DNA of 64,000 nucleotides from Cyanobacteria bacterium P01_D01_bin.156 (GCA_039024555.1 JBCCQQ010000006.1:32001-96000), one strand, 5' to 3'; counted from the stretch's first letter, positions 20,105-30,354 are shown. A program made the numbers and translations. Notes: generated by a model not told the origin, from the letters alone.

Positions 20105-21820
20105 CTAGTAGTGGTTGCCTGTTTTTCGATGGTGAACAGCCGTTTTTGAGTTGCTGTCAAGCACCTGGCCGCTGTCGATGGTGGCGTAGATCACCCAGTG
20201 ATCACCGCAGTCCATACGATTTTTAACGGTGCATTCTAAGTACGCGATCGCATCCTTCAGAATATAGGCCCCATTATCTGCAACATCTACATCTACACCT
20301 TCGAACCGATTTTCCCCTGGGTTAAATGGTTTCAGAAACTGCTTCATGGGACCGAGCTGCTTGCCTTCTCCAAGAATGTTGAGGACAAACCCATTATTGG
20401 GATAGACCAGGGTTTCAATGGCTCGTTCCTTAGCCACGGAAACGGTAAAACCGGGAGGGCTAAAGGTGGCCTGGGCAACCCATGACGCTAGCATGGCGCT
20501 GGCCACTTCACCTTGCTTGGCGGTGACAACACATAGGGAGCCCACCAGGCGACCCACAGCCTTCTCCACATCACTAGCTGGTGTGCGAGGAGCTTTGGCT
20601 CGTCTAGCTTTTTTGAGCGCTTGGGCAAAGTCGGTACCCGCTTCTTCGCAGTACTTGAGGGTGACATCGTCGGGTTTGAATTTAACTCGAATTGGGTCAA
20701 ACCCGAAGCTGTAGCCACCATCTCTGAGCTTGTTTTCAAGTAGATCAATGGCTTCTCCACTCCAGCCATAGGAGCCAAACACGCCAGCGAGTTTATTCTT
20801 GGAGGCAGTTGACAGTAACAGCCCCAGGGCGGTTTGGATTTGGGTGGGGGCATGGCCGCCGAGGGTGGGGGAACCGATAATAAAACCAGCACAGGTTTCA
20901 GCAGCGGTTTTAATATCTTTTTGAGGAGCCTGTTCCGCATTGATGGATTCAACGGCTACACCGGCCTTGGTAATGCCGCGGGCAATGGCCTGGCCGATGG
21001 TGGCTGTATTGCCGTAGGCAGAAGCATAAATCAATGCCACGCTAAGGGTTTGTTGCTTTTGCTGTTCGCACCACTGCTTATACTGCAGGGTAAGTTCATG
21101 GATGCCATATTTCACTAACGGTCCATGGCCAGCACCATAGAGATGGGCTGGAAAATCACTGAGCTTTTCAAGCACCGTGGCCACCTGTTTGGCATTGGGG
21201 GCCATTACGGTTTCGAAATAGTAACGACGGTCTGCTAGCAGGTCTTCCCACTTGAGATCGTAGGCTTCTTCACTACAGATGTGGGTGCAGAAGAATTTAT
21301 CTGTGTAGAGAATGCTGTCGCAGGGGTCATAGGTGCTCAAACCGTCGGGCCAGCGAGGGGTGGGGATGGGCATAAACTGCAGGTGGTGGCCCTGACCTAG
21401 GTCGAGGGTCGTGTCGCTGTTTTTAATAATGAATAGGGGCTTTTGCAGGGGGAGTTTAGCTGATTGGATTGCGATCGCACCTGGATTAGAGCATACAATC
21501 GTCACCTGGGGAGCTTCGTTAATCAGGTGCTGTAGGGTTTCTAGACGGTTTGGATTACTGTGGCCCAGAATAATATAGTCCAGCTGGTCTAGAGCAATCC
21601 GTGACTTTAACTCCTCTAGAAAGATGGTTGTAAATGACCCTCCAGGCGGGTCGATAAGAGCTATCTTGTCAGCCTGAATTAAGTAAGAGTTGGCCGTGGT
21701 TCCTTTCTCTAAGGCATACTCGACTTCAAAGCGTAGGCGATTCCAACTGCGGGAGCGTAGGGCCAGCGTGTCGGTAGCAATGGATAATACTTGAACATCC
21801 CTTTGTTTTGTCTGATCCAT
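20105..21820 (-). CDS. flv1: Class C flavodiiron protein, Flv1/Flv2-type with non-canonical metal ligands
   Basis: Lactamase-like, flavodoxin (YASAYGNT, GSPTLGG) and flavin reductase (GDH) domains; HSNPNR in place of the HTEPDH seen in Flv3/Flv4. Confidence 0.8.
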   Translation of the reverse strand: MDQTKQRDVQVLSIATDTLALRSRSWNRLRFEVEYALEKGTTANSYLIQADKIALIDPPGGSFTTIFLEELKSRIALDQLDYIILGHSNPNRLETLQHLINEAPQVTIVCSNPGAIAIQSAKLPLQKPLFIIKNSDTTLDLGQGHHLQFMPIPTPRWPDGLSTYDPCDSILYTDKFFCTHICSEEAYDLKWEDLLADRRYYFETVMAPNAKQVATVLEKLSDFPAHLYGAGHGPLVKYGIHELTLQYKQWCEQQKQQTLSVALIYASAYGNTATIGQAIARGITKAGVAVESINAEQAPQKDIKTAAETCAGFIIGSPTLGGHAPTQIQTALGLLLSTASKNKLAGVFGSYGWSGEAIDLLENKLRDGGYSFGFDPIRVKFKPDDVTLKYCEEAGTDFAQALKKARRAKAPRTPASDVEKAVGRLVGSLCVVTAKQGEVASAMLASWVAQATFSPPGFTVSVAKERAIETLVYPNNGFVLNILGEGKQLGPMKQFLKPFNPGENRFEGVDVDVADNGAYILKDAIAYLECTVKNRMDCGDHWVIYATIDSGQVLDSNSKTAVHHRKTGNHY

Positions 21821-21977
21821 GGTGTGCCTCACTATCCGTCCGTCTCGTGTGCAGGCCGCAACGGCTCTTAATTTATCTTAACGGTATCTGTAGGGACTCA
21901 CGATTGGTTCCTTTAATGGCAGATGGTTATACCGTAGACAATTATTATCAATCCTGCTGTACACCAAAGACGCTGGC

Positions 21978-22895
21978 ATGAACCGAACAACTGCGGCTAA
22001 TCGTCCTGATTTAGGGCACCAGCGTCTTTGGTATTGGCGTGGTTGGCGAGTGCGCTACACCTATTGGATGCCCGATGATCCAGCGGCCCAGCAAAACCCT
22101 CCGATGCTGTTGATTCATGGGTTTGGGGCGAGTTTAGAACAATGGCGTTCCAACCTAGGCACTTGGGGGCAAAAACGCCCTGTATATGCGCTAGACCTGC
22201 TGGGCTTTGGTCATTCTCAGAAGGCGGCTGTGCTGCTGGGGGCCGATGTGTGGCAAACCCAAGTTTATGACTTTTGGCAAGCGTGTATTGGCCAGCCGGT
22301 GGTTTTAGTGGGCCATTCCCTGGGGGCGTTGGTGGCGCTGACCGCCAATGCTAAACACCCATCTATGGTTAAACAGCTGATTTTATTGACACTGCCCTTA
22401 GCTCGGGAGGAATTGGTGTCAGGGTGGTTAGACCAGCTATCTAGACGGGTGGAACGTTTATTTGCCACCCCCATTTTGTTACGTCCCCTATTTGCATTGG
22501 TGCGTCAGCCCGGCTTTATTCGAAAGGCCTTGACCAACATTTATCAGAACCCTGAGCGGGTCGATCACAAGCTGGTGGATCTGTTTGTCCGGCCAACCCT
22601 AGAACGCGGAGCTGCCCGCACCCTCTGCTATTTGGTCAAGTCTCGTACCCGTTCAGATTTTAGTGAGGTGACAGCCGATTTGCTACGTCAGGTATCGACC
22701 CCAATTCTGTTGCTGTGGGGCAGTCGCGATCGCATACTACCCTTGGCCTGGGCGCGTCAGATTTTGGCCCTTAATCCGCAAATTGCTTACCAAGAAATTG
22801 ATGGAGCTGGCCACTGTCTTTATGATGAAGTGCCCACAGTTTTGGATGAGGTGATTCAAGCATGGCTTGGTGAAACTGATGCGCCCACTGGCTGA
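21978..22895 (+). CDS. Alpha/beta fold hydrolase
   Basis: HGFG, DLLGFG, GHSLG nucleophile elbow, WG..D and AGHC motifs. Confidence 0.88.
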   Translation: MNRTTAANRPDLGHQRLWYWRGWRVRYTYWMPDDPAAQQNPPMLLIHGFGASLEQWRSNLGTWGQKRPVYALDLLGFGHSQKAAVLLGADVWQTQVYDFWQACIGQPVVLVGHSLGALVALTANAKHPSMVKQLILLTLPLAREELVSGWLDQLSRRVERLFATPILLRPLFALVRQPGFIRKALTNIYQNPERVDHKLVDLFVRPTLERGAARTLCYLVKSRTRSDFSEVTADLLRQVSTPILLLWGSRDRILPLAWARQILALNPQIAYQEIDGAGHCLYDEVPTVLDEVIQAWLGETDAPTG

Positions 22896-22899
22896 GATA

Positions 22900-23967
22900 T
22901 CACAGGGGAAAGACCGGCCCGGTTCTAGAGCTATTCTTTTGGTGCCGGCGTTGGCGCAGACGGCGGATGGCAGCAGCCCGCCGCTGAATCGGTGACTGAT
23001 TTGCCTCTAGGTCCATATCGGTGGTTCCTTCCGGCTGTGATGGAGTGTCTGCCTTGGGGACCCGGTTTAAACAGCGTTCCAGGTTACTGTAATGGGCATC
23101 AAGCTGGAGAGCTCGCTGCACTTCATCGATGCGTCTAAACCGTTCCGATAGATCGGTGGTCACCATTCTTTCCAGCAGACGTTCAAATGGTCTGCTGACA
23201 TTAACAGAGCGTTGCCAGTTAAGTTCTTGGGTATCTGGATCAATATCGAATTCTACTGGGGATTTGCCACTGAGCAAATACAGGCAAGTAACGCCGAGGG
23301 CGTAGATATCGCTGCTGTAAGTGGGACGTAAGGCTAGCTGCTCTGGGGGTGCAAAGCCCATGGTGCCAACAAAGTGGGTAGTGGGGCTAGCGGCATGATC
23401 CCCTGGATCGTCATCGTGGTGCAGGCATTCCCGTACGGCCCCAAAATCTAGGAGAACTAAACGCTGGTCGTCCCGACAGCGAATAATATTGGGGGGTTTA
23501 ATGTCTCGGTGGATAACGCGATTTCTATGAATATATCGGACCGCTGGCAGAATCTCGGCTAAAAACCGCTTGACGACGGCTTCCTTCTGCGCGCCCCCTT
23601 TACGTACTTCGCGACTCAGGGTATCTCCATGGATATATTCTTGAACTAAAAAGAACTCCCCTTTAAATGTGAAGTAGTCCAGCAGCATCGGTAGCTGGGA
23701 GTGGCTGCCCAGACGTCCTAGTATTCTTGCTTCACGACGAAAACGCTGCTTTGCCCGCTCTAGGGCGATAGGGTGGCTTACCTTTGGAAACAGCTGCTTG
23801 ATGACGCATAGAGGAGACCCCGGTAGCATGCGATCGCGAGCTAGATGCGTTACTCCAAACCCGCCTCGACCTAAAATACGTACTACTTCATAGCGATCGC
23901 GAAATAGCTGACCAGAGTCACACAACCGTTTATTAAGGCGAGGATCTTGGGAATTCAATTCGGGCAT
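22900..23967 (-). CDS. Ser/Thr protein kinase (Pkn2 family, soluble)
   Basis: GRGGFG, VIKQL, HRDIKPPN, DFG, GFAPPEQ and DIYALG motifs. Confidence 0.92.
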   Translation of the reverse strand: MPELNSQDPRLNKRLCDSGQLFRDRYEVVRILGRGGFGVTHLARDRMLPGSPLCVIKQLFPKVSHPIALERAKQRFRREARILGRLGSHSQLPMLLDYFTFKGEFFLVQEYIHGDTLSREVRKGGAQKEAVVKRFLAEILPAVRYIHRNRVIHRDIKPPNIIRCRDDQRLVLLDFGAVRECLHHDDDPGDHAASPTTHFVGTMGFAPPEQLALRPTYSSDIYALGVTCLYLLSGKSPVEFDIDPDTQELNWQRSVNVSRPFERLLERMVTTDLSERFRRIDEVQRALQLDAHYSNLERCLNRVPKADTPSQPEGTTDMDLEANQSPIQRRAAAIRRLRQRRHQKNSSRTGPVFPL

Positions 23968-24180
23968 GGACGATATTGCGCAAACAGCAAATCGCTGCAA
24001 ACTAAGGCAGACTCAGGAACAGTCTTGGAAAGACCTACATAGATACTGGAAATCCAGTGGGAACAGGGAATCCCAATTAGTCGAATGTCCGCTAGAACGG
24101 CCATCGGTATTAACTATTATGGCCCATAAGCGGATTGCCTGTGGTTTGCCAGGGACCATCTACGCTAAAACTTAGTGGGT

Positions 24181-25278
24181 TTACATAGCTTTTGGTAACC
24201 AAAACTGAAATGTGCTGCCATGGTCAACCTTGCTACTGACCGAGATCTCTCCACCCTGTAACTCAACTAAGCGTTTACAGATGGCTAAACCAATACCCGT
24301 CCCACCGGAACGACGGTTGCGGGAGCGGTCGGCGCGCCAAAACCGCTCAAATACGTGGGGTAGGTCATCCGCTGCAATGCCAATGCCCGTATCTGTCACC
24401 GCTAGCCAAACTTGATGCCCCTGCTGCCACCCTTTGACCATAATCTGTCCCGTATCCGTATATTGAAGAGCATTCCCCAACAAATTAACTAAAATTTGTT
24501 CCGTCCGGGTGGGGTCTGCACAGGCTGCGGGCATATTTGCGGGCATATCAACAATCAGCTGTGGTGCATCTGTGGGCAGCTGCTGGTCACGAAAGTTCTG
24601 GACTACCCGTTTCACCAGCGGTTCTAGCTCTACTACTTGCTGTTGAATAGGCAAATAGCCAGCCTCTAGCTTAGAGAGTTCCTGTAGATTCTCGATCAGC
24701 TGCTGCAGGCGCTGGGTTTCTCGAATCAATCTGGCATAGGTATCGGGTGTAGCGGGCAGGTGTTGATCGCTGAGGGCTTCTAGATATCCCCGGATGATGG
24801 TTAACGGCGTACGTAGTTCGTGGGAAAGATCGCTAACGAGTTCCCGCCGTTGCTGTTCCACCTGTTCTAATTCGCTAGCCATGTGGTTAAAACTGTGGCC
24901 GAGCTGATGTAGCTCTGGAATGTCAGAGGGGGGGACGCGGACTCCCCAATCTCCAGCGGCAAACTGTTGGGTAATGTCTTCCATCCGCGTCAGAGGGCGA
25001 ATAATGCGCCGTGATAACAGATAGCTGATGGCCCCAGCTGCACCCCCACCCAACAGGACAGACCACACCATGCCTCGGGTCCAAGCATCTGCGAAACTTT
25101 CTAAAATTTGTCCGCGCATTTGTTGGATGCGGATGCCTCGTCCTTCTAGACGTTCTAGGGTGACGACAAAATAGCGAGGCGTAGACAGACGGCTAACTCC
25201 GGCCAGGGCAATGATGGCTACTGCCATAACAACCAGGTGGGAGATAAATAAGCGGGTCCTGAGGGGGACTTTGGGCAT
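24181..25278 (-). CDS. HAMP sensor histidine kinase (BaeS-like)
   Basis: Two TM helices, HAMP, SHELRTPL H-box, NLLGNA, DTGIG and GTGIGL; ATG 25278 preferred. Confidence 0.92.
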   Translation of the reverse strand: MPKVPLRTRLFISHLVVMAVAIIALAGVSRLSTPRYFVVTLERLEGRGIRIQQMRGQILESFADAWTRGMVWSVLLGGGAAGAISYLLSRRIIRPLTRMEDITQQFAAGDWGVRVPPSDIPELHQLGHSFNHMASELEQVEQQRRELVSDLSHELRTPLTIIRGYLEALSDQHLPATPDTYARLIRETQRLQQLIENLQELSKLEAGYLPIQQQVVELEPLVKRVVQNFRDQQLPTDAPQLIVDMPANMPAACADPTRTEQILVNLLGNALQYTDTGQIMVKGWQQGHQVWLAVTDTGIGIAADDLPHVFERFWRADRSRNRRSGGTGIGLAICKRLVELQGGEISVSSKVDHGSTFQFWLPKAM

Positions 25279-25331
25279 GGGTGATTGATATTTATGAGGT
25301 GTAGAAGAAAGCCAGACTGAGTCGGAGGTCA

Positions 25332-25352
25332 GAATTCGGAATTCGGAATTCG
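25332..25352 (+). repeat. Heptamer tandem repeat (GAATTCG)x3, STRR-like
   Basis: GAATTCG GAATTCG GAATTCG with degenerate flanking units, between the response regulator and the kinase. Confidence 0.65.
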
Positions 25353-25425
25353 GAAAGGAAAGCAGAGGCAGAATTTTCTCCTTGTTTGGCATTTTGCTCT
25401 CTTGGGTTGATACCTTTGTAGAAAG

Positions 25426-26145
25426 CTAAGTGCTGGTGGGGGTATCTTCAAATCGGTAGCCTACACCGACTACGGTTTTGATAAATGTGGGCTGGGTGGG
25501 ATTTGGTTCAATCTTTTTCCGCAGACGGGCAATGTGGGTATCCACTACCCGCTCATCACCAAAAAAATTATCTCCCCAGAGCTTTTCGATCAGTTGGGGC
25601 CGATTCCAAACGCGGCCAGGGGCACTTAAAAAGGTAGCTAATAGGTCAAATTCTAGGGGGGTTAGGTCCAGAAGACCGACATGCTTGGCCTTAGCCTCGG
25701 GGGACAGATGAACTGTACGTTGGTCCAGATCCAAGGCAAAATGGGCTGTTTGATAGGTGGTATTGGGGGATGTGCCCCGGAGGCTGCGTCGCAACAAAGC
25801 CCGCACACGGGCTACCAACTCCCGAGGACTAAAGGGTTTGACCATGTAGTCATCGGCTCCGGTGGACAATCCAATAATGCGATCCAGTTCTTCTCCTTTG
25901 GATGTCAGCATCAATATATAGGGATCTTTGATGCTGGCTGCTTGGCGAATGCGCGTACACACCTCTAAGCCATCAAGCTCGGGGAGCATCAAGTCCAGGA
26001 TAATCAGATCGGGCTGAAACTGATGGAATCGGGCTAACGCTTCAGTGCCGGTTGCACAAATTTCAGTCGTAAAGTTCTCATTGGTTAAATAAAGCTGAAT
26101 TAGTTCAGCAATGTCAGCTTCGTCTTCGACGATTAGGACGTTCAT
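25426..26145 (-). CDS. OmpR-family response regulator
   Basis: REC domain (VEDE, LDLMLP, KPF) plus winged helix (VDTHIARLRKK, TVVGVGYRF). Confidence 0.95.
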   Translation of the reverse strand: MNVLIVEDEADIAELIQLYLTNENFTTEICATGTEALARFHQFQPDLIILDLMLPELDGLEVCTRIRQAASIKDPYILMLTSKGEELDRIIGLSTGADDYMVKPFSPRELVARVRALLRRSLRGTSPNTTYQTAHFALDLDQRTVHLSPEAKAKHVGLLDLTPLEFDLLATFLSAPGRVWNRPQLIEKLWGDNFFGDERVVDTHIARLRKKIEPNPTQPTFIKTVVGVGYRFEDTPTST

Positions 26146-26389
26146 GGGCGTTGAGATTTGTTCCGAATCTTATGGAGATTATGCCAAGCCAAATTGAACA
26201 AAGGATAAAGGGCTTGCGAAAACGTAAACAATAGGCCACTATTCAAGAGCCTTATTATCTGCCTAAAGCTTGAACAGCCAAACGGAGTTGTAAAAGCTAG
26301 ATTAAAGGGCCGCGCGATGACCCGGCAATAAACACTGGCGTTGTGCGCGGGGCAATGGCCCAAGTGGTTAACGTGTGGAGGCGTAGCAT

Positions 26390-28378
26390 ATGAGTCTAGC
26401 GTCGGCATTTACCCTCAGTCGTCTATCAGCTGACCTGACCCATGATTTAAGTCACTTACCGGAGATGCCTGGAGATTTGGCGGTCCAGTGTGCGGTGAGT
26501 CGGGGCAAGGTCATGGTGCTGTTGGAAAGTGCCCAGGCCTGCCCTGCTGCTCAGGTGTTTTCTCTGGTAGAGACCTTGATCCGCCGTCGTTTAGCCATGG
26601 ATGGGCTGCCGGTGGAAGCGGAACCGCTAGGAGCCACGGGTAATTCCGTTCCCATTAAGCTTTTTCTCAAGCAGAAAACCCTATCGAAGCCCAGCGCCGC
26701 CCACCATTTTGACTGGCTGGCATCCGAGGAAACGCCACTGGAGATCGAGGAGCTGACCGAACAGGCATTGGAGCCCTTATTAAATCTGCAGCCGGACGTC
26801 GCTCCTGACAGTTTGGTGGACCACGGCGATGATAGCGACGATGTTACCCTGGAGCTCTCAACGGGAGAGTTGCCCATTGGTCAAGAGCGGTTGTTTGGTG
26901 AAGATTTAGAGTCTGAAGAAGAGTTTTCATTGGATCAGGCTCCTGCAGTTGATGAATTACTGGATTTAGACGGTCTCTATGATTCCTCTGCGGAGGATGA
27001 GATGGGTGAGCCAGTGGTCTTGGAAGACAGGCAAGGCGGGCAGAATGAGCAATCTGGCAACCGAGGGATTTTAATCGCAGCGGGTATTGGTATCGCGGCT
27101 GTCTTTGGGGCGTTGGGGTATGTTGTCAGTCGCCCCTGTGTTATCGGTGGATGTGATCGCATCCAGCAAGCCCAGGCCCTAGGCGATGCAGCCCTCATTG
27201 CCCTGAGGGATCAGCCCACCCCCCAGACTGTTCTAGACATGGGGGACCAGTTAAACATTGCTGTACAAACCCTAAAACCCATTCCCCCCTGGTCTCGATA
27301 TCGCAACCAGGCCCAGGGCCTATTGGCCAACTACCAAGGCGAAGCTGATCTGCTCAATGCAGTGGCTACAGCCCAACAAAATGCTTTACAGGCGGCTAAT
27401 GAAAGCCAAAACCCTCCCCACCCCATTGCCCACTGGGAAGGAATTGCCGAGCGCTGGCGTGAAACCATTGCTCAGCTAGAGGAAATTCCTGCCGGGAGCC
27501 CTATCCACACCGCATTTGTAGCACCTAAGCTAGTGGAGTATCGCACCAATTTAGCCACCATTGAGGGGCGTGTTTTAGCCGAAAAATCTGCTGAAGAAAA
27601 TCTCAATCAAGCTCAGCTCACGGCTTCCCTAGCAAAGGATCAAGCGGAAATTGCCAATACCCTGCCGGCCTGGGAAACAGCGTTCAATTCCTGGGATAAA
27701 GCCGTTAAACAGCTTAAACTGATTCCCCAAGGCACCTTAGCCTATGGAGAAGCGCGGCAGCTGCGGCCAAAATATGAATCCGACTTAGCAGAGGTACGGA
27801 CAAGGGTGCAACAAGAACAGGCCGCTGACCAGTTTTACAACGAAGCCGTACGCTATGCAGCCACGGCTCGCCAGTATGAATCTGAAGAACAGTGGACCCT
27901 AGCCATGCTGGGGTGGCGCGATGCCATTACCCAGATTAAAGGCGTTCCTGTGGGCACATCGCGCTATGCCGATGGACAAAACCTCCTAAAGACCTATGAA
28001 CCCTCCCTTTCCAAGGCCCAGGAGAACCTGCGGTTAGCCCTACGTTTCCGCAAGGCGGAGGAGAACTTTAGCCGTGTGTGTAATCCAGAATTCTGTGATT
28101 TTGGCCTGAAAAGAGGCACTGTACAGTTGGCCCTAGCCAAAGACTACGACGCCCTGGCAGATTTTTCTATCTCTGACCCAACCACCCGGACGGGGATTAA
28201 TGTGCCAGCATCCGGGCAAATGATTACTGATGTCAATCAGCTGCTACAAGAGGTGATCAACATCGGCAAACGGACCCAGCTGCCCATCGAACTCTACAGT
28301 GCCAATGGAGACTTTATTGCCCGGTTTAGTCCAGAGCTAGAAGGCTACGTTAAGACTGTTGTTGTCGATCCTAACTAA
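26390..28378 (+). CDS. Hypothetical single-TM protein with acidic linker and helical repeat region
   Basis: 662-aa ORF; TM segment GILIAAGIGIAAVFGALGYVV then RPCVIGGC; repeated W...W..AI..L..IP units. Confidence 0.75.
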   Translation: MSLASAFTLSRLSADLTHDLSHLPEMPGDLAVQCAVSRGKVMVLLESAQACPAAQVFSLVETLIRRRLAMDGLPVEAEPLGATGNSVPIKLFLKQKTLSKPSAAHHFDWLASEETPLEIEELTEQALEPLLNLQPDVAPDSLVDHGDDSDDVTLELSTGELPIGQERLFGEDLESEEEFSLDQAPAVDELLDLDGLYDSSAEDEMGEPVVLEDRQGGQNEQSGNRGILIAAGIGIAAVFGALGYVVSRPCVIGGCDRIQQAQALGDAALIALRDQPTPQTVLDMGDQLNIAVQTLKPIPPWSRYRNQAQGLLANYQGEADLLNAVATAQQNALQAANESQNPPHPIAHWEGIAERWRETIAQLEEIPAGSPIHTAFVAPKLVEYRTNLATIEGRVLAEKSAEENLNQAQLTASLAKDQAEIANTLPAWETAFNSWDKAVKQLKLIPQGTLAYGEARQLRPKYESDLAEVRTRVQQEQAADQFYNEAVRYAATARQYESEEQWTLAMLGWRDAITQIKGVPVGTSRYADGQNLLKTYEPSLSKAQENLRLALRFRKAEENFSRVCNPEFCDFGLKRGTVQLALAKDYDALADFSISDPTTRTGINVPASGQMITDVNQLLQEVINIGKRTQLPIELYSANGDFIARFSPELEGYVKTVVVDPN

Positions 28379-28460
28379 TGGGTAGTAATGCTGCTGTTTG
28401 TTAACCTCCAAGCGATCCGTCAAGATGACGTCAATCCATTTTCCTACAACAATCTATCTC

Positions 28461-29066
28461 TCAACAACTTAATCGTTGTCGCAACATCGCCTCTAGTTCC
28501 TGAGACTGACGCTGGAAAAAATCAGCCTCCATGGAAAACATGCAGTAGTGCAACGCCACCCCATCGATGGCACTCACCAGCATACGTGCCAGAGCCTTAG
28601 CATCCACATCAGGATTGATTTTTTCTCCCTGCTGACCGGCAACTAGCTCCGTTATAAAAAACCTGTTGAGCTGCTCCAGGTAATCCTCAAAATACTCTTT
28701 CAACCCCAAAGATTCACTCAGAGCCTTATCCCCTAGCAACTCAAAACAAAGGGTTGTTACGACAGCAAACTCATCCATTCCTTCAAAACTGAGCCGAATG
28801 CCCGCCAAAATTACCTCAATCGGATCTTGCTCTGCCTGCTGCAGTTGTCTTAGCTGGTCATCTACACCCGCAAAAAACAAATTAAAAATTTCCTTCGGCA
28901 ACGATTCCTTGGTTGGAAAGTATTCATAAAGCGTTCCCTTACCCATGCCTGCGGCCACGGCAATATCGGCCACTTTGGCACTGTGGTAACCCTTCTCCAC
29001 AAAGACTGCGATCGCAGCTTCCAAAATCTCTTGCCGCTTAGCCGCCTTGTCTACAATTTTAGGCAT
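28461..29066 (-). CDS. TetR/AcrR family transcriptional regulator
   Basis: ILEAA...F..KGY...ADIA..AGMGKGTLYEYFPTKE helix-turn-helix. Confidence 0.93.
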   Translation of the reverse strand: MPKIVDKAAKRQEILEAAIAVFVEKGYHSAKVADIAVAAGMGKGTLYEYFPTKESLPKEIFNLFFAGVDDQLRQLQQAEQDPIEVILAGIRLSFEGMDEFAVVTTLCFELLGDKALSESLGLKEYFEDYLEQLNRFFITELVAGQQGEKINPDVDAKALARMLVSAIDGVALHYCMFSMEADFFQRQSQELEAMLRQRLSC

Positions 29067-29139
29067 CAGGTGCAGGTGTGGAACTACAGGGCTGTACCTT
29101 ATACCTTAACCCTAGAGGAGGAAATAATAATCACCTTTC

Positions 29140-29168
29140 TTGACATTGACCGACTAGTCGGTCAAAAT
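29140..29168 (+). promoter_or_regulatory. Sigma70-type promoter with a perfect 20-bp palindromic operator in the spacer
   Basis: TTGACA at 29140-29145, palindrome TTGACCGACTAGTCGGTCAA at 29146-29165, CAAAAT at 17-bp spacing. Confidence 0.8.
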
Positions 29169-29202
29169 AAAAACATCAAGCGCGGCTAGTTCTCCATATT
29201 GA

Positions 29203-29292
29203 CGTTTCTGATTTAGGGAATGAGTCGATCTCAAAAGGATCGCAGTCGATCTAGGTCTGGTAGATAAAGTCATCCCGCGAGGAGCGGCAGGC
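29203..29292 (+). mobile_element. ~87-bp dispersed element, copy 3 (degenerate)
   Basis: CGTTTCTGATTTAGGG...GATCT...AGATAAAGTCATCCCGCGAGGAGCGGCA. Confidence 0.6.
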
Positions 29293-29343
29293 CCCAATAT
29301 GGATTAGCGGCGAATCGTAATCATCGTGTTTAGGAGTAATTCG

Positions 29344-30321
29344 ATGACTCACCTCAAGCCTCCCTATTTTCAATCAGTCACCTGGACCTTGCCTGCGGTC
29401 CGTGCCGTTTTGTCCGCCATGAAAACAGTGGCCACCCTACAAGATTCTCGCCCCCTGGATGACGTTTCACGGGAAATGTTAGAAGCCACCCGTGACTCCG
29501 TCTTTCAAGCGTCGGTCGTATTGGATGAACTCACTGGCATTTCGCCAAAGGACCTAGCAAGCCAGGTGCAGGAACGGCGACAGCGACAGCAGGCTCTACA
29601 GTTTTTAATTTTGATGCCCTACCTGGATACCCAGGTGGATTTAGCTGAAGTGGCATTGGTCAATGCCTATGCTCAGGCATTTGAACTGGCTCCCCATACG
29701 CTACAGAGCTTGCGCTTGGTGTGCGATCGCAAGTTAAACCAGCTGTTGTTTAACTACACCCGACGTACCCTTAACAACCTTCTGCCAAGTCATGGGTTAT
29801 GGCAAAAGGCCAAAGTTGTATTCAGTTCATTTCGTCAGTACTGGGGAGATAAGCAAGTCGCCCAGCATTACCAAGCCTTAGAGCTGTTGCCAGATAACAC
29901 CTTAGGCAAAAAACTATATCGGTATTATCGCGATCGTAACTTTCCGCTACCGGGTGAAGCCAAAAGCTTTAGCGAGCTGGTGGTGGGCCATGACCTGGTA
30001 CACCTGTTGAGCGATATTGGTACAGATATGGCGGGTGAAATTACCGTAGCCGGATTTGAGGCTGGTATGAGCAACAGTGAGTTTGGATTTGAGCTGTTGC
30101 TTGAAGTCATTCTCGACTTTCACATGGGGCTTAAATTTACCACCATGGGAGTCCTAGAAGCTGGTGTTAACCACCTTAAGCCCAAGGCTCTTATGGCAGC
30201 CTATGCCAGGGGGCTACAAATGTCATTTGATCTGCTAGACCCAGGTTGGGACTTTAAGGCAGCATTGGATCAACCCATTGAGCAACTGCGCCAACAATAC
30301 CGGCTATCACCTCAGTCTTAA
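29344..30321 (+). CDS. Coq4-like metal-binding protein
   Basis: LPDNTLGK...Y and HDLVH-x11-E (HDxxH...E) motif of the Coq4 family. Confidence 0.6.
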   Translation: MTHLKPPYFQSVTWTLPAVRAVLSAMKTVATLQDSRPLDDVSREMLEATRDSVFQASVVLDELTGISPKDLASQVQERRQRQQALQFLILMPYLDTQVDLAEVALVNAYAQAFELAPHTLQSLRLVCDRKLNQLLFNYTRRTLNNLLPSHGLWQKAKVVFSSFRQYWGDKQVAQHYQALELLPDNTLGKKLYRYYRDRNFPLPGEAKSFSELVVGHDLVHLLSDIGTDMAGEITVAGFEAGMSNSEFGFELLLEVILDFHMGLKFTTMGVLEAGVNHLKPKALMAAYARGLQMSFDLLDPGWDFKAALDQPIEQLRQQYRLSPQS

Positions 30322-30325
30322 GGGT

Positions 30326-30354
30326 TGTTTTAGCTTCCAATAGGGGCTAAAACA
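30326..30354. terminator. Hairpin between convergent genes
   Basis: TGTTTTAGC / GCTAAAACA inverted repeat. Confidence 0.55.

Noticed and set aside
20488..20952. 154-aa alternative-frame ORF within flv
   Set aside because: Fully overlaps a conserved gene and has atypical composition.
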